Below are positions 11,296-21,850 of a stretch of 64,000 nt of DNA, piece by piece (the first letter of the stretch is position 1; every line of letters begins with the position of its first letter). The stretch is taken from NCBI GenBank assembly GCA_053919585.1, contig CM132827.1; one strand, given 5' to 3'. A program made the translations under genes and the position numbers. Below the pieces are notes generated by a model. It ran no database searches. It was not told the origin of the DNA and saw only the letters and a program-made list of their open reading frames with translations. Origin of the DNA: Euprymna scolopes (lineage: Eukaryota).

Positions 11296-13176
11296 TTAGC
11301 ATTGTAAAGCATCTTTCACATGTTTTTCCAGGTGTCTGCTCAAATGCGGACTTCGTGTAAAAGGGACCGCGCATAGTTCACATGTAAACAATTTCTCTCC
11401 GTTATGTGATTGTATGTGTTTTTTTAAATGTGATTGCTGCGAAAAGGAATTTTTGCAGATCTCACACGTAAACGGTTTAACGCCAGTGTGAATCTGCATG
11501 TGTCGATTTAGGTTAAAGCCCCTTGAGAATGTTTGTCCACACTCCGTGCAGGCATGGGCCTTTTGTCCTGTGTGGGCTTGCATATGTTCATTCAAAGACG
11601 TCTTCCGTGAGAATGCTGCGCCACAAAAGTGACATGCATAGGATTTCTCTCCCGTGTGAATGCGCATGTGACGTTTCAAGTGCGAGCTGCACGTGAACGC
11701 AGCATTGCACACGTCACAATCGTATGGCTTCTCTCCACTGTGAATCCGCTTGTGTATCTTTAAGTTCGACTGCACCGTAAACGACGACGCACAAATGTCA
11801 CATGAATATGGTTTCTCTCCTGTGTGTGTTCGAATATGCTTTTTTAGGGAGGACGATGTTGAAAATGTGGACCCACAAACTTCGCACGGATGTTTTTTAT
11901 GAGCCGCAGCTTGCATATGTTGGTCTAAACTTGATATAGCTGTCTTGACAGATTCACATTCATCGTCAACCAAAGGTTTTACAGGTGTTTGCATATGTTG
12001 GTTTAATGCAGATATAGCCGTTTCTATGGATTCACAAGTCTCATCAGGCAACGATGTTTCAGTCGCTTGCATCTGCTGGTTTGAAGTAGATATAACTGTT
12101 TCAACAGATTCATAATTTTTATCAACAAATGATGCTTCAAGCGCTTGCATATGCTGGTTTAAAGTAGATAAGGTTGTTTTGACAGATTCAGAATTCTTGT
12201 CACCCGAAGATGCTTCAACTGCTTGCATATGCTGGTCTGAAGTAGACAAAGATCTTCCGACAGATTCACAATTTTTATCAACCAAAGATTTTGCAGTTGA
12301 TTCACAATTCTCAATAACCAAAGATTTTTTAGATGTTTGCGTATGTTGGTTTGACATAGATACAGCTGTCTCGAGAGATTCACAATTCTTGTTGACCAAA
12401 GACTTTTTAGCCACGTGCATATGTTGGTTCAATGTAGATATAGCAGTTTCAACAGATTCACAATTCTCGTCAACAGAAGATTTTTCGGGTGCTTGTTTAC
12501 CTATTGACGGTGTTAATTTTGATGCGTGCAAAATGGGAGGTCCGAGAAATTTTCGAGTATAAGGTTTTTCACCAGTGTGCGCAAGCTTATGACGCTTTAA
12601 GCTTGAACTCTGCGCAAATGCACACGCGCATTCATTGCAAACGTATGGCTTTTCGCCCGTGTGTGTTCTACTGTGTTCCTTTAAAAGCGAGCTGCTTGGA
12701 AATGCCGAGCTACAGAGATCGCAAGAATAGGGTCTCTCTCCCGTATGTCTTCGGCGATGGATTTTTAATGTCGAAATCTGCGAAAAAGCCGATTTGCAAA
12801 TTTCACAAATGTAAGGCCTCTCGCCCGTGTGTGTGCGAATGTGCGTCTGCAAGCCGCTTTTCCGAAGAAAGGCCACGCCACAAACCTCACAGGAAAACCG
12901 TTTCACGCCGCCGTGCACGCACATGTGGCGTTTCAAGTTCATCTTCAAAGCAAAGCGAGCGCCACAAATCGTGCATGTGTGCGGTTTTTCTCCGCTGTGT
13001 ACACTCATGTGTCGTTTAAGGTTCATCTTGAGGGAAAAACTGCTTTCGCAAATCTCGCATGGATATGGTTTCACAAGCAAGTGCGTTTGCAAATGTCTTT
13101 TCAGGTTCTTTTCGGTCGCAAATGAAGATGGACAAGATTTGCATGAATATTGTTTGACATTCATTCCTTGACTCAT
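11296..13176 (-). CDS. C2H2 (Kruppel-type) zinc-finger protein, ~626 aa, 14 fingers in two clusters of 7
   Basis: Uninterrupted ORF with CxxC..HxxxH fingers and TGEKPY/TGERPY linkers. First ATG at 13176 (MSQGMNVKQY; the ORF-track start at 13242 is TTG). AATAAA on minus at ~11170-11175. Confidence 0.95.
   Translation of the reverse strand: MSQGMNVKQYSCKSCPSSFATEKNLKRHLQTHLLVKPYPCEICESSFSLKMNLKRHMSVHSGEKPHTCTICGARFALKMNLKRHMCVHGGVKRFSCEVCGVAFLRKSGLQTHIRTHTGERPYICEICKSAFSQISTLKIHRRRHTGERPYSCDLCSSAFPSSSLLKEHSRTHTGEKPYVCNECACAFAQSSSLKRHKLAHTGEKPYTRKFLGPPILHASKLTPSIGKQAPEKSSVDENCESVETAISTLNQHMHVAKKSLVNKNCESLETAVSMSNQHTQTSKKSLVIENCESTAKSLVDKNCESVGRSLSTSDQHMQAVEASSGDKNSESVKTTLSTLNQHMQALEASFVDKNYESVETVISTSNQQMQATETSLPDETCESIETAISALNQHMQTPVKPLVDDECESVKTAISSLDQHMQAAAHKKHPCEVCGSTFSTSSSLKKHIRTHTGEKPYSCDICASSFTVQSNLKIHKRIHSGEKPYDCDVCNAAFTCSSHLKRHMRIHTGEKSYACHFCGAAFSRKTSLNEHMQAHTGQKAHACTECGQTFSRGFNLNRHMQIHTGVKPFTCEICKNSFSQQSHLKKHIQSHNGEKLFTCELCAVPFTRSPHLSRHLEKHVKDALQC
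11900..12480 (-). repeat. Coding tandem repeat, 78 bp / 26 aa, ~7.5 units, between the two finger clusters
   Basis: Consensus SLVDxNCESVETAISTLNQHMQA repeated in the ORF translation. Confidence 0.9.
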
Positions 13177-14000
13177 GATTTTTTTTATTAATCGTTTTGC
13201 AAGAATCAGCACTTGAGCAGATTGATATCTACTGATTTCCAAGCAACTTGACCAAGTCGATATTCTGGACTTTTTTCAAGTGTGTTTACAAATGTCATTT
13301 CAAGTTCTTTTTGATCTTAAATGAACATGGGTAAGTTCTGTATGAATACTGTTCACCATTTGTTTTTAAATAATCATTTTTATTAGGCTTTAGTTAATGG
13401 TTTACAGGCAATTGATTATCTAAGTTAAAATTGTGGTCTTTCTTCCCCAATCAATTGTGTTTGCAAATGTATTTCAAATTCTTTTTGGTTGCAAATCATA
13501 GCATTGTTTGGCATCTCTTCATTTACTCATAGTAAGCCATCAAAAAACTGTTTTGCAATAATCAGCACTTTAACAAACTGATAGTTACTGATTTCCAAGC
13601 AATTTGAATAAATTGATATAGTGGGCTTTTTTCACAATCAAGTACATTTGCAAAAACAAAGGGAAAGATTTACAATGAATATTGTTTGACATCTGTTTCT
13701 TTGATTCATCGTTTTATTTGGCTTTATCAAAAACACACAAAAAATGTTTTCTTTACAATAATATCAGCTATTGGTTTCCAAACGACTTAATTAAGATAAA
13801 AAAAAAATAGACTGCACAATCAACATCCAAATGGTTTCACAATCAAGTGTATTTGCAAATGAACACAGGCAAGTTTATATGAATACTGTTTGGCATCCAT
13901 TTCTTGACTCACTATTTTGATTACACAAAAATGTATGGCTTGCAGTAATCATCTCTTGAACAAATTGATATTTTTACTGGTTTCCAAACAACTTGACTAT
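13177..14000 (-). repeat. Degenerate ~170-200 bp tandem copies of the ZNF start region (probable 5'UTR)
   Basis: Recurring GAATATTGTTTGACAT..CTTGA(C/T)TCAT (~13145, 13343, 13500, 13677, 13881) and CTG(A/G)TTTCCAA.CAA.TT motifs. Confidence 0.65.
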
Positions 14001-14022
14001 CTGTTAAATAAAGAAAGAGACT
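14001..14022 (-). promoter_or_regulatory. Putative splice acceptor for the ZNF exon
   Basis: Minus strand TCTCTTTCTTTATTTAACAG|ATAGTC (polypyrimidine tract plus CAG) at the upstream edge of the repeated block. Confidence 0.55.
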
Positions 14023-14499
14023 TTATAATAAAAATCAAAATGGCGGCATATTTTTTTTCACGTTAGATTTATAAAAATATTATTTCGTGTCAAAACCAAT
14101 GATTGTTAATAATTCACAGAAGATAAATGGTTGTTTTACCTAAGTTTAAAATAAGAACATTTTTCACTTTTAAATGCAAACCAATAAAGCTGTCCAATAT
14201 TCATTTTGGCATTTCATGTGAACAATAAAACTTGCCGTTGGTTTTAATAATATTTTGATGGTTAAATGTGAACATTTTTCCTTCGCCTATCCTAACTATA
14301 TTAACATTAAAATGGTTTATGCTTATTTAAGTCTGTGTAGTATATATGTTCATTCCTCACAAAACCATCCTCTCGGGATTAACTTGTTTGTGCATGTGTG
14401 GGGGTTAGTGTACTATCTATTTTGCCGTCATGATATCATGCTTCCAAGTATTAGATCATTCAATATTTAACGTTCCTTCTTATTCTTTGCAAAGTGTAT

Positions 14500-15308
14500 A
14501 CTCTCAAAAATGGATGGTCACATTCAATGCTGCCAAGACTAAGCTTGTTTTTGTCAATAACTACAAGAAATCTTCTCTACCATCAATAGCAATGGCCAAA
14601 GACTCTTTATCTGAAAGTACATCTTTTAAACTCCTCTGCCTAACATTCACAGGAAACATGAGTTGGAACAATTACATTGAGAGCATTGTCAGGACCGCTG
14701 TGAAAAAGGTAGGTTCTCTCTACCGTGCTAGAAAGCTACTAACGCCCGAAAGTATCCTGTACCTCTATAAGGCCACCATTCGCCCATGTAAGGAGTATTG
14801 TTGTCATATTTGGGCTGGTGCATCTGCTACTAGTCTCTCTCTCTCCTAGACAAGGTTCAAAAGAGAGTCGCCAACCTGATAGGTCCTGAACTGTCATCTA
14901 AACTTCAGCCTCTGTCCCATCGACGAAATGTTGCATCCCTCTGCCTGTTCTACAAGTTCTTTAACGGCGAATGCTCTGACGAACTGCAAGCACTTGTACC
15001 CCCTCGATGTAAATATCCCCGACAAATCCGACAAGCATAAAAATCTCACCCCTTTACAGTAGAGATCCCTAGATGTAAGAGAGCCTTCTACTCCAGTAGT
15101 TTCTTCCCCAGAACCGCTAGACTTTGGAATTCCCTTCTGGGTTCCTGCTTCCCTAACTGTACTGACATGCAGAAGTTCAAGTGTAATGTGAACTGACATC
15201 TTGCTGCCCAACTCCCCACATAGTACCCCTGTAGCTTATGTCCCTGATAGTAGCCCCCTACATCAAAGTTGCAATGTGCGTTGTTTGGGGTGAAAATGTA
15301 ATAATAAT
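14500..15308 (+). mobile_element. 5'-truncated non-LTR retrotransposon (CR1/L2/Jockey-group), family A
   Basis: RT C-terminal motifs WMVTFNAAKTK, LYLYKATIRP..EYCCHIWAGA, HRRNVASLCLFYK; 3'UTR ending in (TAA)n; frameshifted. Confidence 0.85.
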
Positions 15309-15640
15309 TAAAAAAAAAAACTCTCGATATATTTTAAACTTTCTCTAAAAAAATGCTGGCATTTAGTTGTTTCATCTCTAACAGCGAGATGTGGAAAAAG
15401 CCTGAAAGGTTGGAAAACCAGTTCCCGTGTAATAGAATCCTGAGAGGTATAAAAAAAAGAAAAAACAAATATTCCTTGATTGGTGCATTTTACGTGATCT
15501 GCAATGAACAAATTTCTGTCTCAAAGGATGGGATCATGTCTAAAATGCTGAATCAATCCCTCAAAAAAGGGATGTAACATTTACAAAATACACATGAACT
15601 ATAAATTCTGTCGGGCAAGTTTTAAATTAGTTTCATTTCC

Positions 15641-16240
15641 ATATAAGAGCCAGATACGTCCAAGGATGGAATACTGTTGCCACATATGGGCAGGAGCTGC
15701 TAGAAAAGACTTGTCCTGCCTTGATAGGGTTCAAAATAGACTTTGTGGCCTGGTGGGAGATGTCCTTTTCTCTTCGCTGCAACCTCTATCTCACAGAAGA
15801 GATGTTGTGAGTTTGTCTCTGCTTTATCGTTATTTTCATGGAAGGTGTTCGACTGAGCTTCAATCTATGGTCCCCCCCTTTGCCAAACTTTCACAAGAAA
15901 CACTCGTCTAGCTGAAAACACTATCAATAATTCCCCCCCACTCTTTATCTGTGCCTAAACCTAAACATAGATTCCATGATCAAAGCTTCTTTCTTAGAAC
16001 TGCATGCCTGTGGAATTGTCTTCCGTTTTCCTTCTTTCCTGCTGTCTATAATATGGTTGTCTTCAAGTCCAACGTGAACCAGTTTCTGATGAGCCGTTCC
16101 ACTTAAGTTAACAAATTTACCAAACTTCCATTACTATCGATTACTATATTGTCCTTTTGACTACTCTACACTCTTTAACCCTTATCCTTGAGTGACCTAT
16201 CGGTCTTGATAAGTGGTGACGCCTAAGTAAAAAAAAAAAA
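15641..16240 (+). mobile_element. 5'-truncated LINE, family B
   Basis: YKSQIRPRMEYCCHIWAGA..SHRRDV.SLSLLYRYFHGRCS; poly(A) tail; related to 43262-43837. Confidence 0.85.
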
Positions 16241-16435
16241 GATTTCTTTATCGTTTTGAATAGGCTTAATTAAAAACACAAAAACATGATTTGCAATAAG
16301 CAACACTTGCATGAATTGATATTTTTATAGGTTTCAAAACCACTTCACTATTCATTAAAGAAACAAAAAAGACTTTATACAAAGCATCAAAATGGCCTTA
16401 TGTTCTTTTCACTTATTTTTTAGTTTGTTATTTTA

Positions 16436-16540
16436 CTAGCAGAGCTACCCAGCGCTGCTCAGGACTTTAAAATAACAATGAGAAAAATGAAGATACTTTT
16501 GAACATACCTATTACTCTTAGGATAGATGAATTTTTTTAT
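16436..16540 (-). mobile_element. Helitron 3' fragment
   Basis: A|CTAGCAGAGCTACCCAGCGCTGCTCAGGAC; similar to 1651-1750. Confidence 0.55.
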
Positions 16541-16758
16541 GTCTATATATCATTTGCTATCTCGACCAGAAGAATATTTTACCTACCCTCGGACGGGTAT
16601 TACACATGTATGAAATAATTGTACCTTGTCTAGGATAGGTAATTTACAGCACATATATGGAACAATTTTACCTTCACTAGGACGGGTAATGTACAACACA
16701 TATTTAAAATAATTTTACCTAGCCTTGGAGGGGTAAAGGAAATACATATATGAAACAA

Positions 16759-17184
16759 TCTATATATATCTATAAAAGTGAACATGTCTGTCTGTCTGTC
16801 TGTGTACATTTCCCAACGCAATAACTCTGTCAATTTTTAGTCTATAGACTCGAAATTTGAAATACCGGGTACTGAGATTTGGGAAAATCGATGTGACGGG
16901 TGTCAGCCAGAAATTTGGCTGTTAAGGGGTCAAATTTCAACGATTTGACCTTTAAGAACTCTACCAAACTCCTCCGACACTTGGTCTAGACACTTGAAAT
17001 TTTAGATATAGGTTCCTTGAACCTGGATCTAACTTAATAAAGTGATTTGAGCCCGAAACAATAAATTTTAAGGGGTCATAATAGGGGTCAAATTTTAAAA
17101 AATTAACCATTTTTTTTGTTTTTTTGCTTTTTTTGCACAGCATACACCTCCAAACACCCGAGCAACCCCAGGCACCCCTGCTAG
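16759..17184 (+). mobile_element. Non-autonomous Helitron
   Basis: A|TCTATATATATC..(TCTG)n ... CCCGAGCAACCCCAGGCACCCCTGCTAG|T. Confidence 0.8.
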
Positions 17185-17731
17185 TTTAATATAATCTCGA
17201 CAAGTATTGTACCCCATATATGAAATAATTTCTCTTCCCCCCAAAGCCACCATAATAAAAAAAAAAAAAAATGAAGTCATTTTTAGAAGATGGATCATTA
17301 GGATCTCCAAATTAATACATAAATACATTGTCTTGGTTAATGATTAGGCGACCCTTGCTTCACCATAAATTTCAACATTACTGGGTTTCTTTCCTTCTTC
17401 ATTATCGTTTATTGTTTTATGTTACTTTGCTCCAAAACCGACTTTTGCACATGATTCACAAAACATAAATTGCTGAAATAAATATGTATTAGATACATTT
17501 GAAGCCAAAAAAAACACGCATTATTACAAACTAAACAGACATTTATTTTGTTTGAAATTTATATTGAAATTTATAAATATATTTCGAAGATATACTTCAT
17601 CTTCAGTATATCTTCTTTTTTATTTTTGCCATGTTGTTGTTGGAGCATAGAATCAGTAGAAGTCCATTTGTTATTCTTATGGTAGTCTTTCCAAATGCGA
17701 GAATGGTGCATTGGTCAGCCGGAATTCACAT

Positions 17732-18002
17732 TAGGGTTTGTGTTTCTTGAATAGAAGCGCTGGTTGAGTTTGAATAAAATAAATACATATTAGATACGTT
17801 TGAAGCTAAAACAATGCATTATTACAAAATAAACAGATATTTATTTTGTTTAAAATTTATATTGTAATATATAATATAAATTTCAAACAAAATAAATATG
17901 TTTATTTTGTAATAATGCGTTGTTTTGGCTTCAAACGTATCTAATATGTATTCATTTTATTCAAACTCAACCAGCGCTTTTATTCAAGGAACACAAACCC
18001 TA
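17732..18002. mobile_element. Palindromic MITE with TAGGGTTTG termini and ACAT 4-bp TSD
   Basis: ACAT|TAGGGTTTGTGTTTCTTGAATA ... TATTCAAGGAACACAAACCCTA|ACAT; near-perfect foldback. Partial copy at ~17478-17580. Confidence 0.85.
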
Positions 18003-18397
18003 ACATAAATCGCTCTTTTAACAAACATAACGCTAAAAAATATACACACATCCGTTATAAAAAAATCCACACCAACTAAGTTGATATAGTGGTGTTTAAT
18101 TAGTACTGCCATGATTGAGGATGAATAATGAACTGTTTCTCTTTCTGTTCTCACTCCTGATTTATTATAATAGCATTTTCATTCTTATTTTCCAGTTTCA
18201 ATAATTTGCAGTTTTTACTGGTTCAGTGAAAATAACTTTCAAAAAAATCTATGGAGTTATTTCTATTCATTTCTTAAATTATTTAAAACAAAAATATTCT
18301 GACTGCATGCTTACTTATTTGAGTCCTGATGAGACCAATAGAAAATTACAGTAATTTTTTTTTACCCAAACCAGGTCACGACGATACAAACAAAACA

Positions 18398-18443
18398 ACA
18401 CACACACACACACACACGCATGTACACACACACGCACACACAC
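18398..18443. repeat. (CA)n microsatellite, imperfect
   Basis: Direct reading. Confidence 0.9.
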
Positions 18444-18555
18444 GATTGTTTTACATGATACTAAAGCGAAATATGAATGGTTTGCTTGTATAATTTTTGC
18501 TAGACGCTACATTTTAGTTGGACAGACAGAATAATTTACTTTCTTTTAGATTAAA

Positions 18556-19791
18556 CAAGCATGGGGTACCCAGCGTTGCCCGGGTGTTTGGAGGTGTGTG
18601 TGGTTTTGGGTAAATCCAAACTCGGGGGGGGGGGTAAAATATAAAAAAATAGTTTTGGTAGGTGAGTATGAGGATCGAACCCGAACCCTGGAGGCAAAGT
18701 TGGAAATTAAAGTGTGAAAAAAAAACCTGCGACGTTAACCACTGGGCCACCGCGGCATACAACGAAAACACGTTTGAATTTATTTATTTAACTATTAAAA
18801 ACAGAATTGACACGTGAGTGCAATAAAAGTTAACTCTGCTGTTTCTATTTGACCTGATTAATGAGGTCAAATAGAAGTAGCGGACTTCACCTTTTGTTGG
18901 GTTTGTTTACCCAACTTTGACTGGTTTTTCCCCAACATGTTGGGGAGGGGGAAACCAGGAGTTTGGCCCCACATTGATCAAAGCTGATTGCTTCTGGACG
19001 TTTCCTGGCGCAATGCCGAGAAGACACCGTTTGAATTTAGTTTCACTTTATTTATACTAAAAAGCAGGACAAACAGGCGACAGAGCGAAATAGCGCGAAT
19101 CTCATAAAAATCGACGTAAATAAATCTAGAGGCGACCCGCATTCCCAACTCCTAGATATTATTATCTAGGGGCTATATAAACAGTTCTAAGTGATAGTAA
19201 CGATACCGGGACCATTGGCTTAAATACACAAAATGGTCACACACATTTTGCCTTTTATATATATAGAAGACTAGCGGGGGGTACCCGGCATTGCCCGGGT
19301 GTTTGGAGGTGGGGGGGATTAAAAAAAAAGTAAGTATGAGGATCGAACCCAAACCGTTTAGGCAAAGTTGTAAATTAAAGTGTGAAAAAAAAAGTGCAAC
19401 GTTAACGATTGCCCTACCGCGAGATGCTAACGGAAACACGTTTGAATTTATTTAATTACTTGAATTTGGCAGGTACCCATTTTAATGAGTTAATGAGGTC
19501 AAGTTTGACTGCGGGATTTTTATTTTCCCAAGATGTTATAGTAAAAAGACTAACCCACATGCGGCGAGCGACAAATGTTGAATATTTATCTTCCTGAAAT
19601 CGAGCAAATTAAATAAACAGGCGAGCTTCGTTGTTAACTGTGAGATATTAAAATTTATATGTGATATAAAAAGTTTTAAAAAGTTGTTAGGCGAGCGACC
19701 GCTTCTCTGAAAGAAGCCTTTTGTAGACATACAGAAAAAGCGAACACACACATACAAACATACATACATTTTCACTTTTATATATAGAAGA
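18556..19791 (-). mobile_element. Two non-autonomous Helitrons in head-to-tail tandem (18556-19270, 19271-19791)
   Basis: Both end on plus with TTTTATATATAGAAGA (5' TC on minus). Junction TAGAAGA|CTAGCGGGGGGTACCCGGCATTGCCCGGG. Confidence 0.75.
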
Positions 19792-19849
19792 TAAAGATGC
19801 AAATTCAAGTAATGTTGTAATAGTCATTACATTTTTATCCAAGACGAGA

Positions 19850-21420
19850 AAGAAGGATCCACATATATTAATCTACCGAAAAAAATTTTGAATTTATATA
19901 TATTAATTTACTCAGACATAATTATCTACATAAATTAATCTACAAAGAAAAAAAAAGGATCTACAAACATCTACAGAGAAGGAAGAATCTACAAACATTC
20001 ATCTGCAGAGAAAAAAGAATTAACATCTACAAAGAAAGAAGGATCTACAAACATTCATCTGAAAAGAAAGAATAACCTACGAACATTTAATTACAGAGAA
20101 GGAAGGAGCTACAAACATTCATCTACAGAGAAAAAAGGATCCACATACATTCATCTACAGAGAAAGTAGAAACAACAAACATTCATCTACAGAGAAAGAA
20201 GAATCTACAAATATACATCTACAGAGAAGGAAGGATCTACATACCTTCATCTACAGAGAAACAAGGATCTACAAACATTCATCTACAGAGACAAACATTC
20301 ATCTACAGTGAAATAATCTGCATTCATCTACAGAGAAGGAAGGATCTACAAACATTCATCTACAGAGAAGAAAGGGTCTACAAACATTCATCTACAAAGA
20401 AGGATCTACAAACATTCATCTACAGAGAAGGAATAATCCACAAACATTCAACTACAGATAGATGGATCTACAAACATCCATCTATAGTGAAAGAAGAGTC
20501 TACAAACATTCATCTACAGAGAACAAAGGATCTACAAATATTCATTTACAGAGAAAAACGGATCCACATACATTCATCTATAAAGAAAAAAGGAACTACA
20601 AACATTCATCTACAGCGAAAAAAAGGATCCACATACATTTATCGGTAGAGAAAGAAGGATCTATAAACATTCATCTACAGAGAAAGAAGAATCTTCAAAC
20701 ATTTATCTATAGAAAAGGAAGCATCCACATACATTTATCTACAGAGAAGGAAGAATCTACAAACATTCATCTACAGAGAAGGAAGAATCTACAAACATTC
20801 ATCTACAGAGAAGGAAGGATCTACAAACATTCATCTACAGAGAAGGAAGAATCTACAAACATTCATCTACAGAGAAGGATCTACACACATTCATCTACAG
20901 AGAAGGAAGGATCTACAAACATTCATCTACAGAGAAGGAAGGATCTACAAACATTCATCTACAGAGAAGGAAGGATCTACAAACATTCATCTACAGAGAA
21001 GGAAGGATCTACAAACATTCATCTACAGAGAAGGAAGGATCTACAAACATTCATCTACAGAGAAGGAAGGATCTACAAACATTCATCTACAGAGAAGGAA
21101 GGATCTACAAACATTCATCTACAGAGAAGGAAGGATCTACAAACATTCATCTACAGAGAAGGAAGGATCTACAAACATTCATCTACTGAGAAGGATGTAC
21201 ATTCATCTACAGAAAAAGTATTTATACTCAAACATAATTATCTACATAAATTAATCTACAGAGAAGGAAGGATCTATAAATATTCATCTACAGAGAAGGA
21301 AATATCTACAAAAATTCATCTACAGAGAAGGAAGAATCTACATACATTCATTTACAGAGAAGCAAGGATCTACTAATATTCATCTACAGAGAAAGAAAGA
21401 TTTACATATATTATTCTAGA
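19850..21420. repeat. 32-bp minisatellite (AGAGAAGGAAGGATCTACAAACATTCATCTAC)
   Basis: Perfect units at ~20890-21185, degenerating toward both edges. Confidence 0.95.
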
Positions 21421-21476
21421 GAGTAAGAAGTTTCTACATATATGAATGTTACATGGGGTATCCATTGTTTCTTTGG

Positions 21477-21477
<1 letters not shown>

Positions 21478-21516
<39 letters not shown>
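21478..21516. repeat. (TA)n microsatellite
   Basis: Direct reading. Confidence 0.95.
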
Positions 21517-21518
<2 letters not shown>

Positions 21519-21626
21519 TTAAAACTACAAAAATTAGAGACAGATTGCAGGCTGCCAGAAAATATTGGAATCTTGACTCAAGAAAATAGTCTACTGCTGC
21601 TGATTTATTTCTATTGGTCAAGTTAT

Positions 21627-21850
21627 GGTCCTATTTATTTGGCTCCCCATGAGGGCGGAGATAGACACAAGGTCGGTTTTTAATGTGGGGAAAATCCAGC
21701 TACCCAAGAAAGGGCACTCTGGATGAGAACAAAAATAAAAATTGTCACAATCTAGAAGGATTTCTCCTCCATTCATCGAGGTCAGAAAAGATCAAGTGTA
21801 GTATCAGAACATATACTACACTTTGCTCCTGGCCAAAAGTCCAAAGAAAT
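21627..21850 (-). mobile_element. U2-headed SINE-like element, divergent variant
   Basis: Minus strand ATTTCTTTGGACTTTTGGCCAGGAGCAAAGTGTAGTATATGTTC, then an antisense copy of the U2 segment; shared tail CACATTAAAAACCGACCTTGTGTCTA..GGGGAGCCAAATAAATAGGACC. Confidence 0.65.

Noticed and set aside
12159-13171. Overlapping and antisense ORFs over the ZNF gene
   Set aside because: Shadow frames of a GC-richer repetitive coding sequence.
18325-18385. Hammerhead ribozyme (CTGATGAGACC..GAAA)
   Set aside because: Helix II cannot close before GAAA, and no convincing helix I or III.
20462-21376. 304-aa protein-coding gene
   Set aside because: The ORF is a by-product of a stop-free 32-bp tandem repeat; no domain recognisable.
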